Source: Pirellulales bacterium (lineage in GTDB: Bacteria; Planctomycetota; Planctomycetia; Pirellulales; JALHPA01). From it: a DNA stretch of 64,000 nucleotides. Both the position numbers and the translations under genes were made by a program. Under the pieces are notes generated by a model. The model was not told where the DNA came from. It saw nothing but the letters and a program-made list of their open reading frames with translations, and searched no databases. The DNA lies in contig JBGSSS010000062.1 of NCBI GenBank assembly GCA_041736895.1, positions 8,558 through 72,557 of the forward strand, given 5' to 3'. Positions 1 to 9,933 of the stretch are shown piece after piece. Position 1 is the first letter of the stretch. Each line of letters opens with the position of its first letter.

Positions 1-758
1 GCTCGGTCGATTTGCTTGTCGTAGACGATGTCCAGTTCATGGCCGGCAAGCGCGCGACGCTGACCGAGTTTCTGCACACCCTCGACACACTCCATCGCGA
101 ACGCCGGCAGGTGGTCCTCACCTCCGATCGTCCGCCGCACGAACTGCAAGAACTCGGGCAGCAACTTAGCACACGTGTCGCCGGCGGAATGACCGCTCGC
201 TTGGACGCACCCGATTTTCCGACTCGCGTCGGCATCACACGGCAGTTCGCGCGGAAGCACGATTTAAATCTGAGCGACGATATCGTCGAACTCGTGGCGA
301 CGCAATTGAGCGAGCACGCTCGGGAATTGGCCGGCGCGGTGCAACGACTCGCCCTCGAAAGGCGCTTGATCGGCCGCGATTTGACGATCACTGAAGCCGA
401 AGAAGCACTCTCCGAGGTCTTCCATCGCCGCGGGCATGGCTGGAAGCTCGACGACATCGAACGCGCGGTCTGCACGGCACTCGGCTTGCCGCCGGAATCG
501 CTGCAATCGGAAAGACGTGCGAAATCACTCAACACGACTCGGATGCTGGCGATGTGGCTTGCACGAAAGTACACTCGTGCGGCGTTGAGCGAGATCGGCA
601 CCTATTTTGGCCGCCGCAGCCATAGCACGGTGATCTCGGCGCAGAAGAAAGTCGGCGGCTGGGTCAACGAACAAACGCAAGTCGCTTTCGGCGGCAAGAC
701 CTGGCCCGTCGAAGAAGCGATTCGCCGCGTCGAGGATCAACTGCGCGCGAGCGGATAA
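1..758 (+). CDS. dnaA: Chromosomal replication initiator DnaA family protein, 5'-truncated by the window edge (probably the atypical planctomycete paralogue)
   Basis: Walker B VVDDVQF, VLTSDRPP, arginine-finger region, domain IV signature LSEIGTYFGRRSHSTVISA. Confidence 0.9.
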   Translation, partial: SVDLLVVDDVQFMAGKRATLTEFLHTLDTLHRERRQVVLTSDRPPHELQELGQQLSTRVAGGMTARLDAPDFPTRVGITRQFARKHDLNLSDDIVELVATQLSEHARELAGAVQRLALERRLIGRDLTITEAEEALSEVFHRRGHGWKLDDIERAVCTALGLPPESLQSERRAKSLNTTRMLAMWLARKYTRAALSEIGTYFGRRSHSTVISAQKKVGGWVNEQTQVAFGGKTWPVEEAIRRVEDQLRASG

Positions 759-763
759 GATTT

Positions 764-870
764 TTTTGCCACTGATGAACGCAGATACCTTCTGATTTTC
801 ACTGATTTGAGAAACCGATTTTTTCAGATCAGTGAAAATCAGCAATAATCCGTGTCGATCAGTGGCAAAA
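764..870. repeat. Nested inverted-repeat intergenic element (REP/MITE-like) between convergent genes
   Basis: Outer TTTTGCCACTGAT...ATCAGTGGCAAAA and inner CTGATTTTCACTGAT...ATCAGTGAAAATCAG inverted repeats. Confidence 0.7.
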
Positions 871-2010
871 TTATTTCAACTGCCCGATATATTTCATCAG
901 CTCCGCGTCCAACTCCTTCGGATCGCCGAACGCTTCGCGGAATTCTTTCAGCCGATCCTCTGGTTCGTCCCAGATAAACGGCTTCTTCGCGGCGAGCTTT
1001 TGCAGATACGCGACATACGCTTGCGGCTTGGCTTTTAACAAGTAATGCGTCAACGCCCAGGCTTCGGCGTACGCATCCAACGAATCGCGCGGGTCGAGAA
1101 ACCGCTTGTTGTTCACAGTCAGCGACGAAAGCGAGTCACGCGGCTTTTGCGGCAGACGCTCGCGGTATTTCGTTAGCCGCAACTTATTGATTTCGCCGAT
1201 CGTGCGCCAGCCCTTCACCGTCGTCAGGTCCGGCGTTTCGAAGAAGACGGCCATCCCTTCGCTGAACCAGATCGACACGTCGGCGAAACGCTGCTGGAGG
1301 CCGCTGTTGTACGCCAACTGATGCGTCGCCTCGTGAATGATCGTCGCGACCATGAGCTGGGCCTCGGGCTGCGAGAGCATCGTGTTGATCTGCGCCGTCG
1401 AGCCGCGTTGATTGCCTGGCCGACGCAGGGCCTCGACGCCCGTCAGATCGTAGAGACTCACGCGATTGCTGGCCTGGTTGTAGTAGGCCACCACGGTGCG
1501 CGGATCGCCTTGAAGGTCTTGCTTGGTATAGCGGCTGTAACTGTCCACGCTATCGAAGACGAGCACGACGAGCGGAAACTCGGGCTTTGTGGTTTTGAAG
1601 CCGAGCTTGTTCCAATACGAGTCGAAGCCGTCCTGCAACCGTTCAAGCAACCCGCCGACCCATTGGGCGTAGGTCTTGGTCGTGTTGTAAACGAGGACGT
1701 AGTTGACAGTCGTGTGCACGGAAAAACCGGCGCCAAGTTCGCGCTGAACTTGCCGCGCGATGTCGGGGGCCTTGAGCGGGACGAACGGTTTGTTGTCGGT
1801 CGTGTGCGAGACGAGTTCCTCGGGCTGGATCGTCCAAATTCGCCCATCGTTGGTTTGGATCAGCAAGCCTCCGTCAGCCGCTTTGAGGAGCAAGCGTCCG
1901 GCAATAGTTTGCGGCTGGTTTTGGCGATTGAAACGAACTGTCTCAACGGCAGAAATATTTGCCGCAAAGAAAGCAAGAAAAGCAAAAAGAAAGGCGAAGC
2001 AGAATTTCAT
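871..2010 (-). CDS. Secreted DUF1570-type gluzincin-like metallopeptidase
   Basis: Signal peptide; HEATHQ (HExxH) followed by WFSEGMA; YAEAWAL motif typical of planctomycete DUF1570. Confidence 0.8.
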   Translation of the reverse strand: MKFCFAFLFAFLAFFAANISAVETVRFNRQNQPQTIAGRLLLKAADGGLLIQTNDGRIWTIQPEELVSHTTDNKPFVPLKAPDIARQVQRELGAGFSVHTTVNYVLVYNTTKTYAQWVGGLLERLQDGFDSYWNKLGFKTTKPEFPLVVLVFDSVDSYSRYTKQDLQGDPRTVVAYYNQASNRVSLYDLTGVEALRRPGNQRGSTAQINTMLSQPEAQLMVATIIHEATHQLAYNSGLQQRFADVSIWFSEGMAVFFETPDLTTVKGWRTIGEINKLRLTKYRERLPQKPRDSLSSLTVNNKRFLDPRDSLDAYAEAWALTHYLLKAKPQAYVAYLQKLAAKKPFIWDEPEDRLKEFREAFGDPKELDAELMKYIGQLK

Positions 2011-2093
2011 TTGGTTCTAATGCCAATAAGAATCGAATCCCTCAAGTGCAGGGAACTCGTCCATCAACTCTAGCATAATCCCCGGCTCTTCCC

Positions 2094-3779
2094 CTAGCTT
2101 GATTTCGCCGCGGAAAACTTCGTGCGATTTCGTGTCAATAACCAAGCAATCCCCACAACTCCCGCCGCGTGCAGCAAAATCAGCAGCAAGCACAACCCCG
2201 CGACCTCGGCTTCATACCCATAATGCAGCAGCGAGAACAATTGCACGCTCAACGGCGTTCGACCAGGAGGGTAAACGAGAATCGTCGCCGCGAGTTCGCC
2301 GAGGGCGAGCTCGAATCCGAGTAACCAAGCGAGCAACCAACTCGGCCAAAGCTGCGGCCAGAGAATTTTGCGGAAAACAAACAGCGGGCGGGCGCCTTCG
2401 AGTTCGGCTTGTTCGAGTTGACCTTGTCCGATCGTAGAAAACGTCACCGCCACGACGCCCCACATCCAGGGCCAGATGCGCAAGAACTGCGCCGCGACAA
2501 CCACGGCCAGCGTCCGATCATACAGCGGATGGAGCGCTGGCAGCGCAGGATTGTTGAATACCGAAATAAGCAGCAAACCCACGACCGGACCTGGCATCAA
2601 CAACATTATCAGCGTGAGCCACAGTCCCGGATTGAGCCACCACGATTGTTTTCTCAGCAGCCATTGCAACGTGACAATGATCAACAACCCCAGCGACGCG
2701 GCGAGTGTTGCGGAGCAGATCGAGACCACGAGTTCGTTGTGGTAGCGGCTGAAGCTGCCGAACGTCGCTTGGAGCACCTTGACCAGACTCCACGTTCGTT
2801 CGTAGTCCTTGCCGACGCGTGTGACAACCCAGCCGGCCTTAAGCAAAAGATTGCCCAATGGAAAGATCAACATCAGGCTCAGAAAAGCGATCCAAATTGT
2901 TCCCGCCAAAACTCGCCAGCGACCCCAAGAGTATCGCAACGATTCATGCACCGGGCTGAGCCGCGCGCCTCGCAACGAGCGCAGCGCGATCAACAGTAAT
3001 GCGCCCCAGGACACGAGGAGCATACCCGCGAGGGTTAATTGCGTTGGCGAAAGCCAGTTCGTGGAAATGACTTCGACCTCGGCGGTTCGAGCAGTCATCC
3101 CGAGCGGTTGCGTTCCTTGGATGGCGTCCCAGCCGCCGACAGCGATGCTGACGTAGACTTCTTCGGCCCAGGTCCGGATGCGAAAAAAATCGGTCACGGC
3201 GATTTCGGTGGTGACTTGGCTGGCGACGAGAATTGCGGCGATCGCGATCGCCGGCCGCAATTGCGGCAGCAACACGCGGCGGATCACGTTGACCGGCGGG
3301 GCTTCGAGCAAGGCCGTTTCTTCGACGGCGCGTTCGCAACGCCGCGCGGCGCTGGCAACTATCCACGCGACCCAGGGAATCGCCGCCGCGCAATGGACGG
3401 TAATGGCCGCAGTCCAGCCATCGAACCAGGCGGTCGTCCAGGATTGATCCAAGTACGCGACCCAACCCTGCGGCCCGAGACCCATCTGCCACGCCGCGGC
3501 CAAGAGATGGAGCGGGGTCAACAAGCTCACCGCGAGCCAGATCGCCAAGCCTCGACGACCTGGCAAATCTGTCCGCGTCGCGGCAACACCGATGATGGTG
3601 CCAAGCGGGAGTGAGATACCGAGCACTGCGGCTGCAAGGACAAACGTATTCCGCAACAGAATCCGCTCGCGCGCGTCTGCTACAGAGAACAGACCGCTAA
3701 TGAGCAGTACAGCGACTAGCGATACGAGGAGATATTTTCGTCGCGTTGAGTTCATCAGAGCAAGCACAACGCGTGTCAA
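2094..3779 (-). CDS. Iron/thiamine-type ABC transporter permease (FbpB-like, two permease domains)
   Basis: Many TM segments; two EAA-like loops (VEETALLEA, LEQAELEGA); GELAATILVYPPG. Confidence 0.8.
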   Translation of the reverse strand: MTRVVLALMNSTRRKYLLVSLVAVLLISGLFSVADARERILLRNTFVLAAAVLGISLPLGTIIGVAATRTDLPGRRGLAIWLAVSLLTPLHLLAAAWQMGLGPQGWVAYLDQSWTTAWFDGWTAAITVHCAAAIPWVAWIVASAARRCERAVEETALLEAPPVNVIRRVLLPQLRPAIAIAAILVASQVTTEIAVTDFFRIRTWAEEVYVSIAVGGWDAIQGTQPLGMTARTAEVEVISTNWLSPTQLTLAGMLLVSWGALLLIALRSLRGARLSPVHESLRYSWGRWRVLAGTIWIAFLSLMLIFPLGNLLLKAGWVVTRVGKDYERTWSLVKVLQATFGSFSRYHNELVVSICSATLAASLGLLIIVTLQWLLRKQSWWLNPGLWLTLIMLLMPGPVVGLLLISVFNNPALPALHPLYDRTLAVVVAAQFLRIWPWMWGVVAVTFSTIGQGQLEQAELEGARPLFVFRKILWPQLWPSWLLAWLLGFELALGELAATILVYPPGRTPLSVQLFSLLHYGYEAEVAGLCLLLILLHAAGVVGIAWLLTRNRTKFSAAKSS

Positions 3780-3847
3780 AAATGCTCCAAGGAGGCAAGC
3801 TCCTTGGCTTTAGCTCACATTCTTCCTTCTAACTCCTAGATTCTCTC

Positions 3848-5197
3848 TCAGAACGTATCCTTGCCGCTGATTTTTTCCTCGACTTGATCGGCTTGCCAGG
3901 CGATCGCGCTCACGATTTGCGTCACCGCCACTGGCGTAAGCGAGTCGGCCAAGACATTGCTTGTCAGAACCAGCGCTTCCGCATCATTGGTCTTGCGGAC
4001 AGCAAATGCGCCGTAAACGAGTTTGCTGTTGAAGCGCAGCAACGTCAGCGCATTGCGATCCGAAACCGGGCCGCAAGCGGACCAGATCGTCACCAAGGGA
4101 TGCCCCCCTTCGTCCGTTTTGTCAAAAGCGACATGGACGCGCTGCTTGCGCAAAGTTCCGATCGGCACCGTCAGCACATACTCGCTGCTGAGATCGTTGA
4201 GCGCGAAACCAGCCGCATCGGCTGCGGCTTTGACCGCTTCTTGAGGATTCGCGGTACTGCCGCCGAGCTGACCAAGCTCCAATCGCTCGTTCGGTCTGGT
4301 AGTCGCAGCCGGACGATTTTGAATCGCGTCAGGAGTAGAACTGCCGGGCAACGGCGTCGCGACCGGAATGCCGGCCGGCGCGCCGCCGATCATGCCCGGA
4401 ATCGCCATCCCAAGCCCAAAGCCCATCCCTTGCGGGGCCTGACCGGACTCGGCCATCTTGCCAAGACTCTTGCCGGTCTGATAACGCATGTAGTCATGAA
4501 TATTGCCAACGGCGCCCATCGCGCCGCGGGCGTCGATCGCTTGCTGCACTTCTTCGGGCGGATTGATGGCGTTGATAAAGAAGTCGACGAGCTCAAGGCC
4601 ATACTTCGCAAAGTCATCCGCGACGCGTTCTTTGGCCGCGGCGGCAATCTCATCGTAGCGCGGCGCCAGGTCGAGCAAGCCGACGTTCAACGACCCGAGC
4701 AAATCCGTGAGCCGCATCACAATGATGTCGCGTTGAAACGCGGTGATCTCTTCAGTCGTGTATTTGCCTTGCGTGCCGACGAGTGTGTTGAGAAGCAGGG
4801 CTCCATCCGTGACGCGGAAAGTGTATTTGCCAAACGAGCGCAGCCGGACGACGCCAAAATCCTTGTCGCGGAAAATGATCGGCTGGCGTGTGCCCCACTT
4901 TTGGTCGACAAACGTTTGTTTGCCGATGTAGTAGACACAAGCTTGGAACGGCGACTTCTCCCAGGGGATCGTTAGGATCCGCGTGATGATCGGCAGATTC
5001 TTGGTCGTCAGCGTGTAGCGGCCCGGACCAAAGGTGTCCATGGCCTTGCCATCATTAAAGAAGATCGCCTCTTGATTCTGGTTGACGATCAGTTGCGCGC
5101 CGTACTTGATGTCGGCCGTGCCGTCGGGCGGAACGCGCGCGACCACCGACGTATTGGCCTCGTCATGAAACTGAATGACCTCGAGACGCCAACCCAT
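3848..5197 (-). CDS. SPFH/band-7 (YdjI-like) protein with probable C-terminal YbjN/CesT chaperone-like domain
   Basis: GAQLIVNQNQEAIF, FGPGRYTLTTKNLP, KWGT, INPPEEVQQAID; C-terminal LLRFNSKLVYGAFAV...IAWQADQVEEKISGKDTF. Confidence 0.8.
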   Translation of the reverse strand: MGWRLEVIQFHDEANTSVVARVPPDGTADIKYGAQLIVNQNQEAIFFNDGKAMDTFGPGRYTLTTKNLPIITRILTIPWEKSPFQACVYYIGKQTFVDQKWGTRQPIIFRDKDFGVVRLRSFGKYTFRVTDGALLLNTLVGTQGKYTTEEITAFQRDIIVMRLTDLLGSLNVGLLDLAPRYDEIAAAAKERVADDFAKYGLELVDFFINAINPPEEVQQAIDARGAMGAVGNIHDYMRYQTGKSLGKMAESGQAPQGMGFGLGMAIPGMIGGAPAGIPVATPLPGSSTPDAIQNRPAATTRPNERLELGQLGGSTANPQEAVKAAADAAGFALNDLSSEYVLTVPIGTLRKQRVHVAFDKTDEGGHPLVTIWSACGPVSDRNALTLLRFNSKLVYGAFAVRKTNDAEALVLTSNVLADSLTPVAVTQIVSAIAWQADQVEEKISGKDTF

Positions 5198-5380
5198 GGC
5201 CGTTGCTCCTAGAGAGTTACTAACAGTGACTCACGATTGTTCGCTGCACCCGTGATCATAACAAATGGGCGCGGTGAATCCACTAGCGAGAAATCGCGGG
5301 AGGTAAAACGAGAGGAACTTTTCCGCGATTAGGAATGGCTATAATTAAAAAAATCAACCGGAATGATATTAAAAACGCAA

Positions 5381-5977
5381 TTAATTGATTGAGAAGTTCA
5401 GAACACGAATTGGGTTTTCACTCACCGGCAGTGGCAGCGTGACGGGACGAGGCAACGGCTTTAGCGGTGCAGTCGGTGGAACAATTTTGCGCTCGATGAT
5501 AGGCAACTCTGCTGTTAAGTGCGGCGGAGATTGAAGCATCGCTGGCGTCACAGGTCGAATGCGAATCTGCACGCTGTACGGCGTTGTAGCACGAGTTTGA
5601 GTGATCGACTGTAGTTGACGTTCTGTCGGCGGGGGGATTTCATTGCCCGCCTTTTGCCAAGGGCGAGTCTGTTCGATCATCGGCAGGGTGCTTTTGATTT
5701 CATTGCCCGTGGCATTGGCCGTGTTCGTTTCGCGGATGGGACGGAATTGAGGTTTCGGCACTGCCACGGGTCCGCCGGATTGAATGGTGAAGACAGGGCG
5801 CTGGACTTCGACCTTGGGCAACCGCGAAGGAACCCCGGTGCCGAGTCGTTCGTTGCTGACTTGCGGCAAGGTTGACAAGGGCATCGTGTTGAGCGCCGAA
5901 TCTTGCGCAACGGCGATGTTGCCGACATAAATGGTCATGACAACCAGAGTGATCCGAAGGGAATTACGTGTGAACAT
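5381..5977 (-). CDS. Hypothetical secreted Pro/Thr-rich protein
   Basis: Signal-peptide-like N-terminus (AVA-QD); only plausible ORF in the interval. Confidence 0.5.
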   Translation of the reverse strand: MFTRNSLRITLVVMTIYVGNIAVAQDSALNTMPLSTLPQVSNERLGTGVPSRLPKVEVQRPVFTIQSGGPVAVPKPQFRPIRETNTANATGNEIKSTLPMIEQTRPWQKAGNEIPPPTERQLQSITQTRATTPYSVQIRIRPVTPAMLQSPPHLTAELPIIERKIVPPTAPLKPLPRPVTLPLPVSENPIRVLNFSIN

Positions 5978-6322
5978 CGCAGCGAACTCCGCACATGCAG
6001 GGGACGAACTTCATCGAAGAGCAAATCGCGAAAGCCGAAATTCCCTTCCATCAAAAATCTATCATGCATCGCGCGGAGATGCCGCGAGATTACCCACAGT
6101 TTGGCGAAGAATTTTGCTTGCTCACACGAACATGACGGTTATGCGGAGCGCGTTCTTTGAATACCACGTCTTATGCGAGAAGATGTTGCCGGATTGCAAC
6201 AGGACTGGAAATATTCGCGGACGACGATGACAGAACGTCGCGGATCCATTGCGCGACTTCCGCGCTGAGGAATCGCCGTAAATAATATTCCAAAAAATCC
6301 CCGCTTGCCATTTGACTTGCGG

Positions 6323-7069
6323 CTATTCATAACATTCGGCATCGCGGAGCAGCTTGCCCTGCAAGTCTTTATCGGCCAGGATCGGGTCCTGCACTGGCCA
6401 CGGAATTCCGACTGCCGGATCGTTCCAGAGGAGCGTTCGTTCATGCTGGGGAGCGTACAAATCGGTGCATTTGTAGGTTACTTCCGCGGCTTCGGACGGG
6501 GCACAAAACCCGTGCGCGAAACCCGGGGGCAGAAACATGGTGCGTTGATTTTCGGCGCTCAACAGCGTCCCGAACCAGCGGCCAAACGTCGGCGAGCTGC
6601 GGCGGAGATCAACGCCGACATCAAAGACCTCGCCGCGCGTGACGCGAATCAATTTGCCCTGCGGCTGCTCGATTTGATAGTGCAAACCGCGCAGTACATT
6701 TCGCACCGAAAGCGAGTGATTGTCTTGGACAAAGGGGAGCGTGATCCCGGCAGCGGCAAATTTTTCCGCGTGGAAGTTCTCGAAGAACACACCCCGGTGA
6801 TCGCGAAAGATGCGCGGCTCGACGAGCACGATGCCCGTGTTCCCCAGCCGTGCAAAGCTAGCACCGCCGATTACTTGAACCGTCGCGGCGTCGATGCCCG
6901 AATTGGTCCAGATGCCCATTTGATCCAACGGCACTAGCGGCTGGTCGAGGAGTTGTCCCACTTGGCGGGAATTCTCGTTGACCGTCACAGAACGACTGCC
7001 GATCCCCAACATTGGCCGCGTTTCCGCCAAGATTTTTGACCAGGGCAACGACGTTTCCATAGGCCACAC
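6323..7069 (-). CDS. rmlC: dTDP-4-dehydrorhamnose 3,5-epimerase (start codon uncertain)
   Basis: EPRIFRDHRGVFFE, FVQDNHS, LRGLHYQ, PPGFAHGF, YKCTDLYAP, WNDP. Confidence 0.95.
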   Translation of the reverse strand: MWPMETSLPWSKILAETRPMLGIGSRSVTVNENSRQVGQLLDQPLVPLDQMGIWTNSGIDAATVQVIGGASFARLGNTGIVLVEPRIFRDHRGVFFENFHAEKFAAAGITLPFVQDNHSLSVRNVLRGLHYQIEQPQGKLIRVTRGEVFDVGVDLRRSSPTFGRWFGTLLSAENQRTMFLPPGFAHGFCAPSEAAEVTYKCTDLYAPQHERTLLWNDPAVGIPWPVQDPILADKDLQGKLLRDAECYE

Positions 7070-7149
7070 AGTGGAGCTAAATCACAAGCGCGGAAATGCC
7101 GATATCCAGCAAAGATATTTCCCGTATCCCCTATCATATCATCGGTCGA

Positions 7150-8031
7150 TTAGGCCGGTGAATTCAGCAGATGCAGCAAATATTGCCCATATTCGTTCTT
7201 CATCGAGCGTCCCAAACGCTCTAATTGCTCATCGTTGATAAACTTCTGGTGCCAGGCGATCTCTTCGAGGCACGCGATCTTCAAGCCTTGCCGAGCTTCG
7301 ATCGTTTGCACGTAATTCGACGCTTGCATCAACGATTCGTGGGTTCCCGTATCGAGCCACGCGAACCCTCGCGAAAATTGTTCCACCGCGCATTGGCCGC
7401 GCTGGATGTATTCGCGGTTCACGTCGGTGATTTCCAATTCGCCGCGCGGCGAGGGCTTCAAGTTGGCCGCGATGTCCACCACTTGATTGTCGTAAAAATA
7501 GAGTCCCGTCACGGCCAGATTCGATTTTGGCTCCTTCGGTTTCTCTACTAGCGACAACACTTTGCTGCCTGGCCCCAATTCGACCACGCCGTAGCGCTCC
7601 GGATCCTTGACCGGATAGGCGAAAATCGTCGCTCCCGTCTCGCGCTGTGCGGCCCGCTCCAAGAGCGGGTGAAACCCTTGCCCATAAAAAATATTGTCGC
7701 CCAAGACCATCGCCACATGATCGCGGCCCACGAATTCGCGGCCGATGATAAACGCCTGGGCAAGTCCCTCGGGCTTCGGCTGCGTGGCGAATTGAAGATT
7801 CATCCCCAGGTTCGCCCCGTCGCCCAGCAACCGCTGAAACGCCGGGGCATCCTCGGGCGTTGTGATGATCAGCACATTGTTGATGCCGGCCAGCATCAGC
7901 GTCGAGAGCGGATAATAGATCATCGGCTTGTCGTAGATCGGCAGCAATTGCTTGCTGACAGCCCGCGTCACCGGATGCAACCTCGACCCCGAACCCCCGG
8001 CCAGCACAATCCCTTTGGTGAAATAGTTCAT
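7150..8031 (-). CDS. rmlA: Glucose-1-phosphate thymidylyltransferase
   Basis: [59 protein letters not shown]. Confidence 0.97.
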   Translation of the reverse strand: MNYFTKGIVLAGGSGSRLHPVTRAVSKQLLPIYDKPMIYYPLSTLMLAGINNVLIITTPEDAPAFQRLLGDGANLGMNLQFATQPKPEGLAQAFIIGREFVGRDHVAMVLGDNIFYGQGFHPLLERAAQRETGATIFAYPVKDPERYGVVELGPGSKVLSLVEKPKEPKSNLAVTGLYFYDNQVVDIAANLKPSPRGELEITDVNREYIQRGQCAVEQFSRGFAWLDTGTHESLMQASNYVQTIEARQGLKIACLEEIAWHQKFINDEQLERLGRSMKNEYGQYLLHLLNSPA

Positions 8032-8415
8032 CGCGTCGCTCCCTCAGACGAAATTTTTGAAATTCCCGCTTTCGCAGCGTGGAATATTGCTCCTTTGCCG
8101 TGTCACTTTACCCGTTCCGGGAAGCCTAGAGCAACAGGGGATTCGGCCCCTGCGGACGATTCGACAAACGACGGGTTGAACACGATTCAAACAAACGGCA
8201 TGCGATTTTAGGGAATTGTCCTGCATAATCATCACAAATCAAAATACTGGCGGGGTTTCGGCAAGAAATGCCAAAAATGAGACCTGACCGGCTTGCAAAA
8301 GAGGCCGCAGAACGGGACGATAGGTTGACCTGGCGCAAAGAGCATTTCAGCTCAGGGAGCAGCCGAAAACGATTCTGATTTTTTTGTCTTGTCTTTTTTT
8401 GGGAGTGAAACGTCG

Positions 8416-8748
8416 ATGTCCACCGCCTCAGATACCCCTCCAGCCGAAGCCCCTCGTCAAATTCAAGTCGACGATACCAAGGCCCTGGCTTGCTACGCCA
8501 ATTTTTGCCGTGTGACGGGCACACCGGAAGAATTGATCATCGACTTTGCCCTGAATCCGCAACCGATGGGCATTCCCGAAGGCGCGATTCACATCACCCA
8601 GCGGATCGTGGTGAACTTCTTCACCGCCAAGCGCCTGCTGGCCGCTCTCGGCATGTCGGTCCAACGCCACGAACAAGCGTTCGGCAACTTGGAAACCGAC
8701 GTCCAAAAGCGCGTCGTTCCCGGTGCCTTCCGCGGCCAAAACAGCTAA
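8416..8748 (+). CDS. DUF3467-like small protein
   Basis: YANFCRVTGTPEELIIDF motif; GGGAG RBS upstream of ATG 8416. Confidence 0.8.
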   Translation: MSTASDTPPAEAPRQIQVDDTKALACYANFCRVTGTPEELIIDFALNPQPMGIPEGAIHITQRIVVNFFTAKRLLAALGMSVQRHEQAFGNLETDVQKRVVPGAFRGQNS

Positions 8749-8808
8749 GGTTGAATTTCAGCCCGACGCGTGAGCGTGAGCGAGTTACTGCAGTACTCTG
8801 ATCAAAAG

Positions 8809-8842
8809 AAAAATCCGAGAGCAAATGCTCTCGGATTTTTTT
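8809..8842. terminator. Bidirectional intrinsic terminator
   Basis: AAAAATCCGAGAGCA..TGCTCTCGGATTTTTTT between convergent genes. Confidence 0.85.
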
Positions 8843-8869
8843 GCGCGCCAGCGAGCTTGCGGAAGCGCT

Positions 8870-9724
8870 TCACGCGAGCTGAAGTTGATAAGCCCTCACG
8901 GCATTGCCGCCGAGGATCGCGGCCTGCTCGCTTGCCGAAAGCTCCGAAATCAATTCCCGCGTCGCGGCGACGACGCGCGCGTAATCGGCTGCCAACTCGC
9001 ATACCGGCCAGTCTGTTCCAAACAGCAATCGCGACGGACCAAACACTTCGAGTGCCGTATAAAAATAGGGCTTCAAGTCCGCGACGCTCCACTTCGCCCA
9101 ATCAGCTTCGGTAACTAAGCCCGATAGCTTGCAATAGACATTCGGAAACGCGGCCGCCGCGCGGAGTTCCGTCGCCCACGGTTCGAGTTCGCGCGCTTTG
9201 ATCCGCGGTTTGCTCAAGTGATCGATCACCAGCGTCGCGTCCGGCACGGCCCGCGCGACCGCGGGTGCGTGCTTCAGATGCTTGGCATAAAACAGCAAAT
9301 CAAACGGCACGCCATGCTTCTCAAAGACGCGCAGTCCTTCGATCACCGCGGGCCGAATGATCCAATCGTTGTCCGGTTCATCCTGGGTAATGTGCCTTGC
9401 GCCGAGGAACTTGGGGTGCTGGCGGTAACGGAGGAGTTGTTCTTCGCACGCGGGACTTTGCAGATCGATCCAGCCGACGACGCCGGCGACCCACGGATTC
9501 TCGTCCGCGAGCCGCAACGCCCAATCGTTCTCCGCCAGATTGTGCTGTGTTTGCACAAAGACCGTCGCATCGACACCCGACGTTCGGCGCTGCGGATCGA
9601 GATCGGCCGGCAAGTAATCGCGGTTGATCGCCGCGAGCTGCGGCTGCTTGAGCCATTCGTAATCATACGGCAGCGATCGCTGCCAAAAATGCTGATGCGC
9701 GTCGATGATAGGAAGGCTTGTCAT
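8870..9724 (-). CDS. Amidohydrolase_2 family (L-fuconolactonase-like)
   Basis: IDAHQHFW, VIDHLSKP, NVYCKLSGL, FGTDWPV. Confidence 0.9.
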   Translation of the reverse strand: MTSLPIIDAHQHFWQRSLPYDYEWLKQPQLAAINRDYLPADLDPQRRTSGVDATVFVQTQHNLAENDWALRLADENPWVAGVVGWIDLQSPACEEQLLRYRQHPKFLGARHITQDEPDNDWIIRPAVIEGLRVFEKHGVPFDLLFYAKHLKHAPAVARAVPDATLVIDHLSKPRIKARELEPWATELRAAAAFPNVYCKLSGLVTEADWAKWSVADLKPYFYTALEVFGPSRLLFGTDWPVCELAADYARVVAATRELISELSASEQAAILGGNAVRAYQLQLA

Positions 9725-9869
9725 GATTGATATTGGCGATTCACTTTTTGGAATGACGATCTTCTGAAATCATAGCAAATCTTCTTGGCTAGCTTTGCGT
9801 ATCTTCTATGCCGCTCTGAATTTCATCCGCCTCTGCGTGTTTCGCATTTGCATTTACATGAGATATCAA

Positions 9870-9923
9870 ACAAAAAACCGTGCTGGGCTCTTACGAAACC
9901 CAGCACGGCCCAAACACCCTGCG
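9870..9923 (-). terminator. Intrinsic terminator plus conserved 3' segment, copy 1
   Basis: CCGTGCTGGG/CCCAGCACGG 10-bp stem with T-run on - strand; near-identical copy at 10908-10962. Confidence 0.85.
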
Positions 9924-9933
9924 CTTGATATTC

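Noticed and set aside
759-870. oriC downstream of dnaA
   Set aside because: No TTATCCACA-like boxes seen; the AT-rich stretch is explained by a nested inverted repeat.
6870-7069. ~65-aa N-terminal extension of RmlC as an extra domain
   Set aside because: The start codon is uncertain and no motif is recognisable; a later start is equally plausible.
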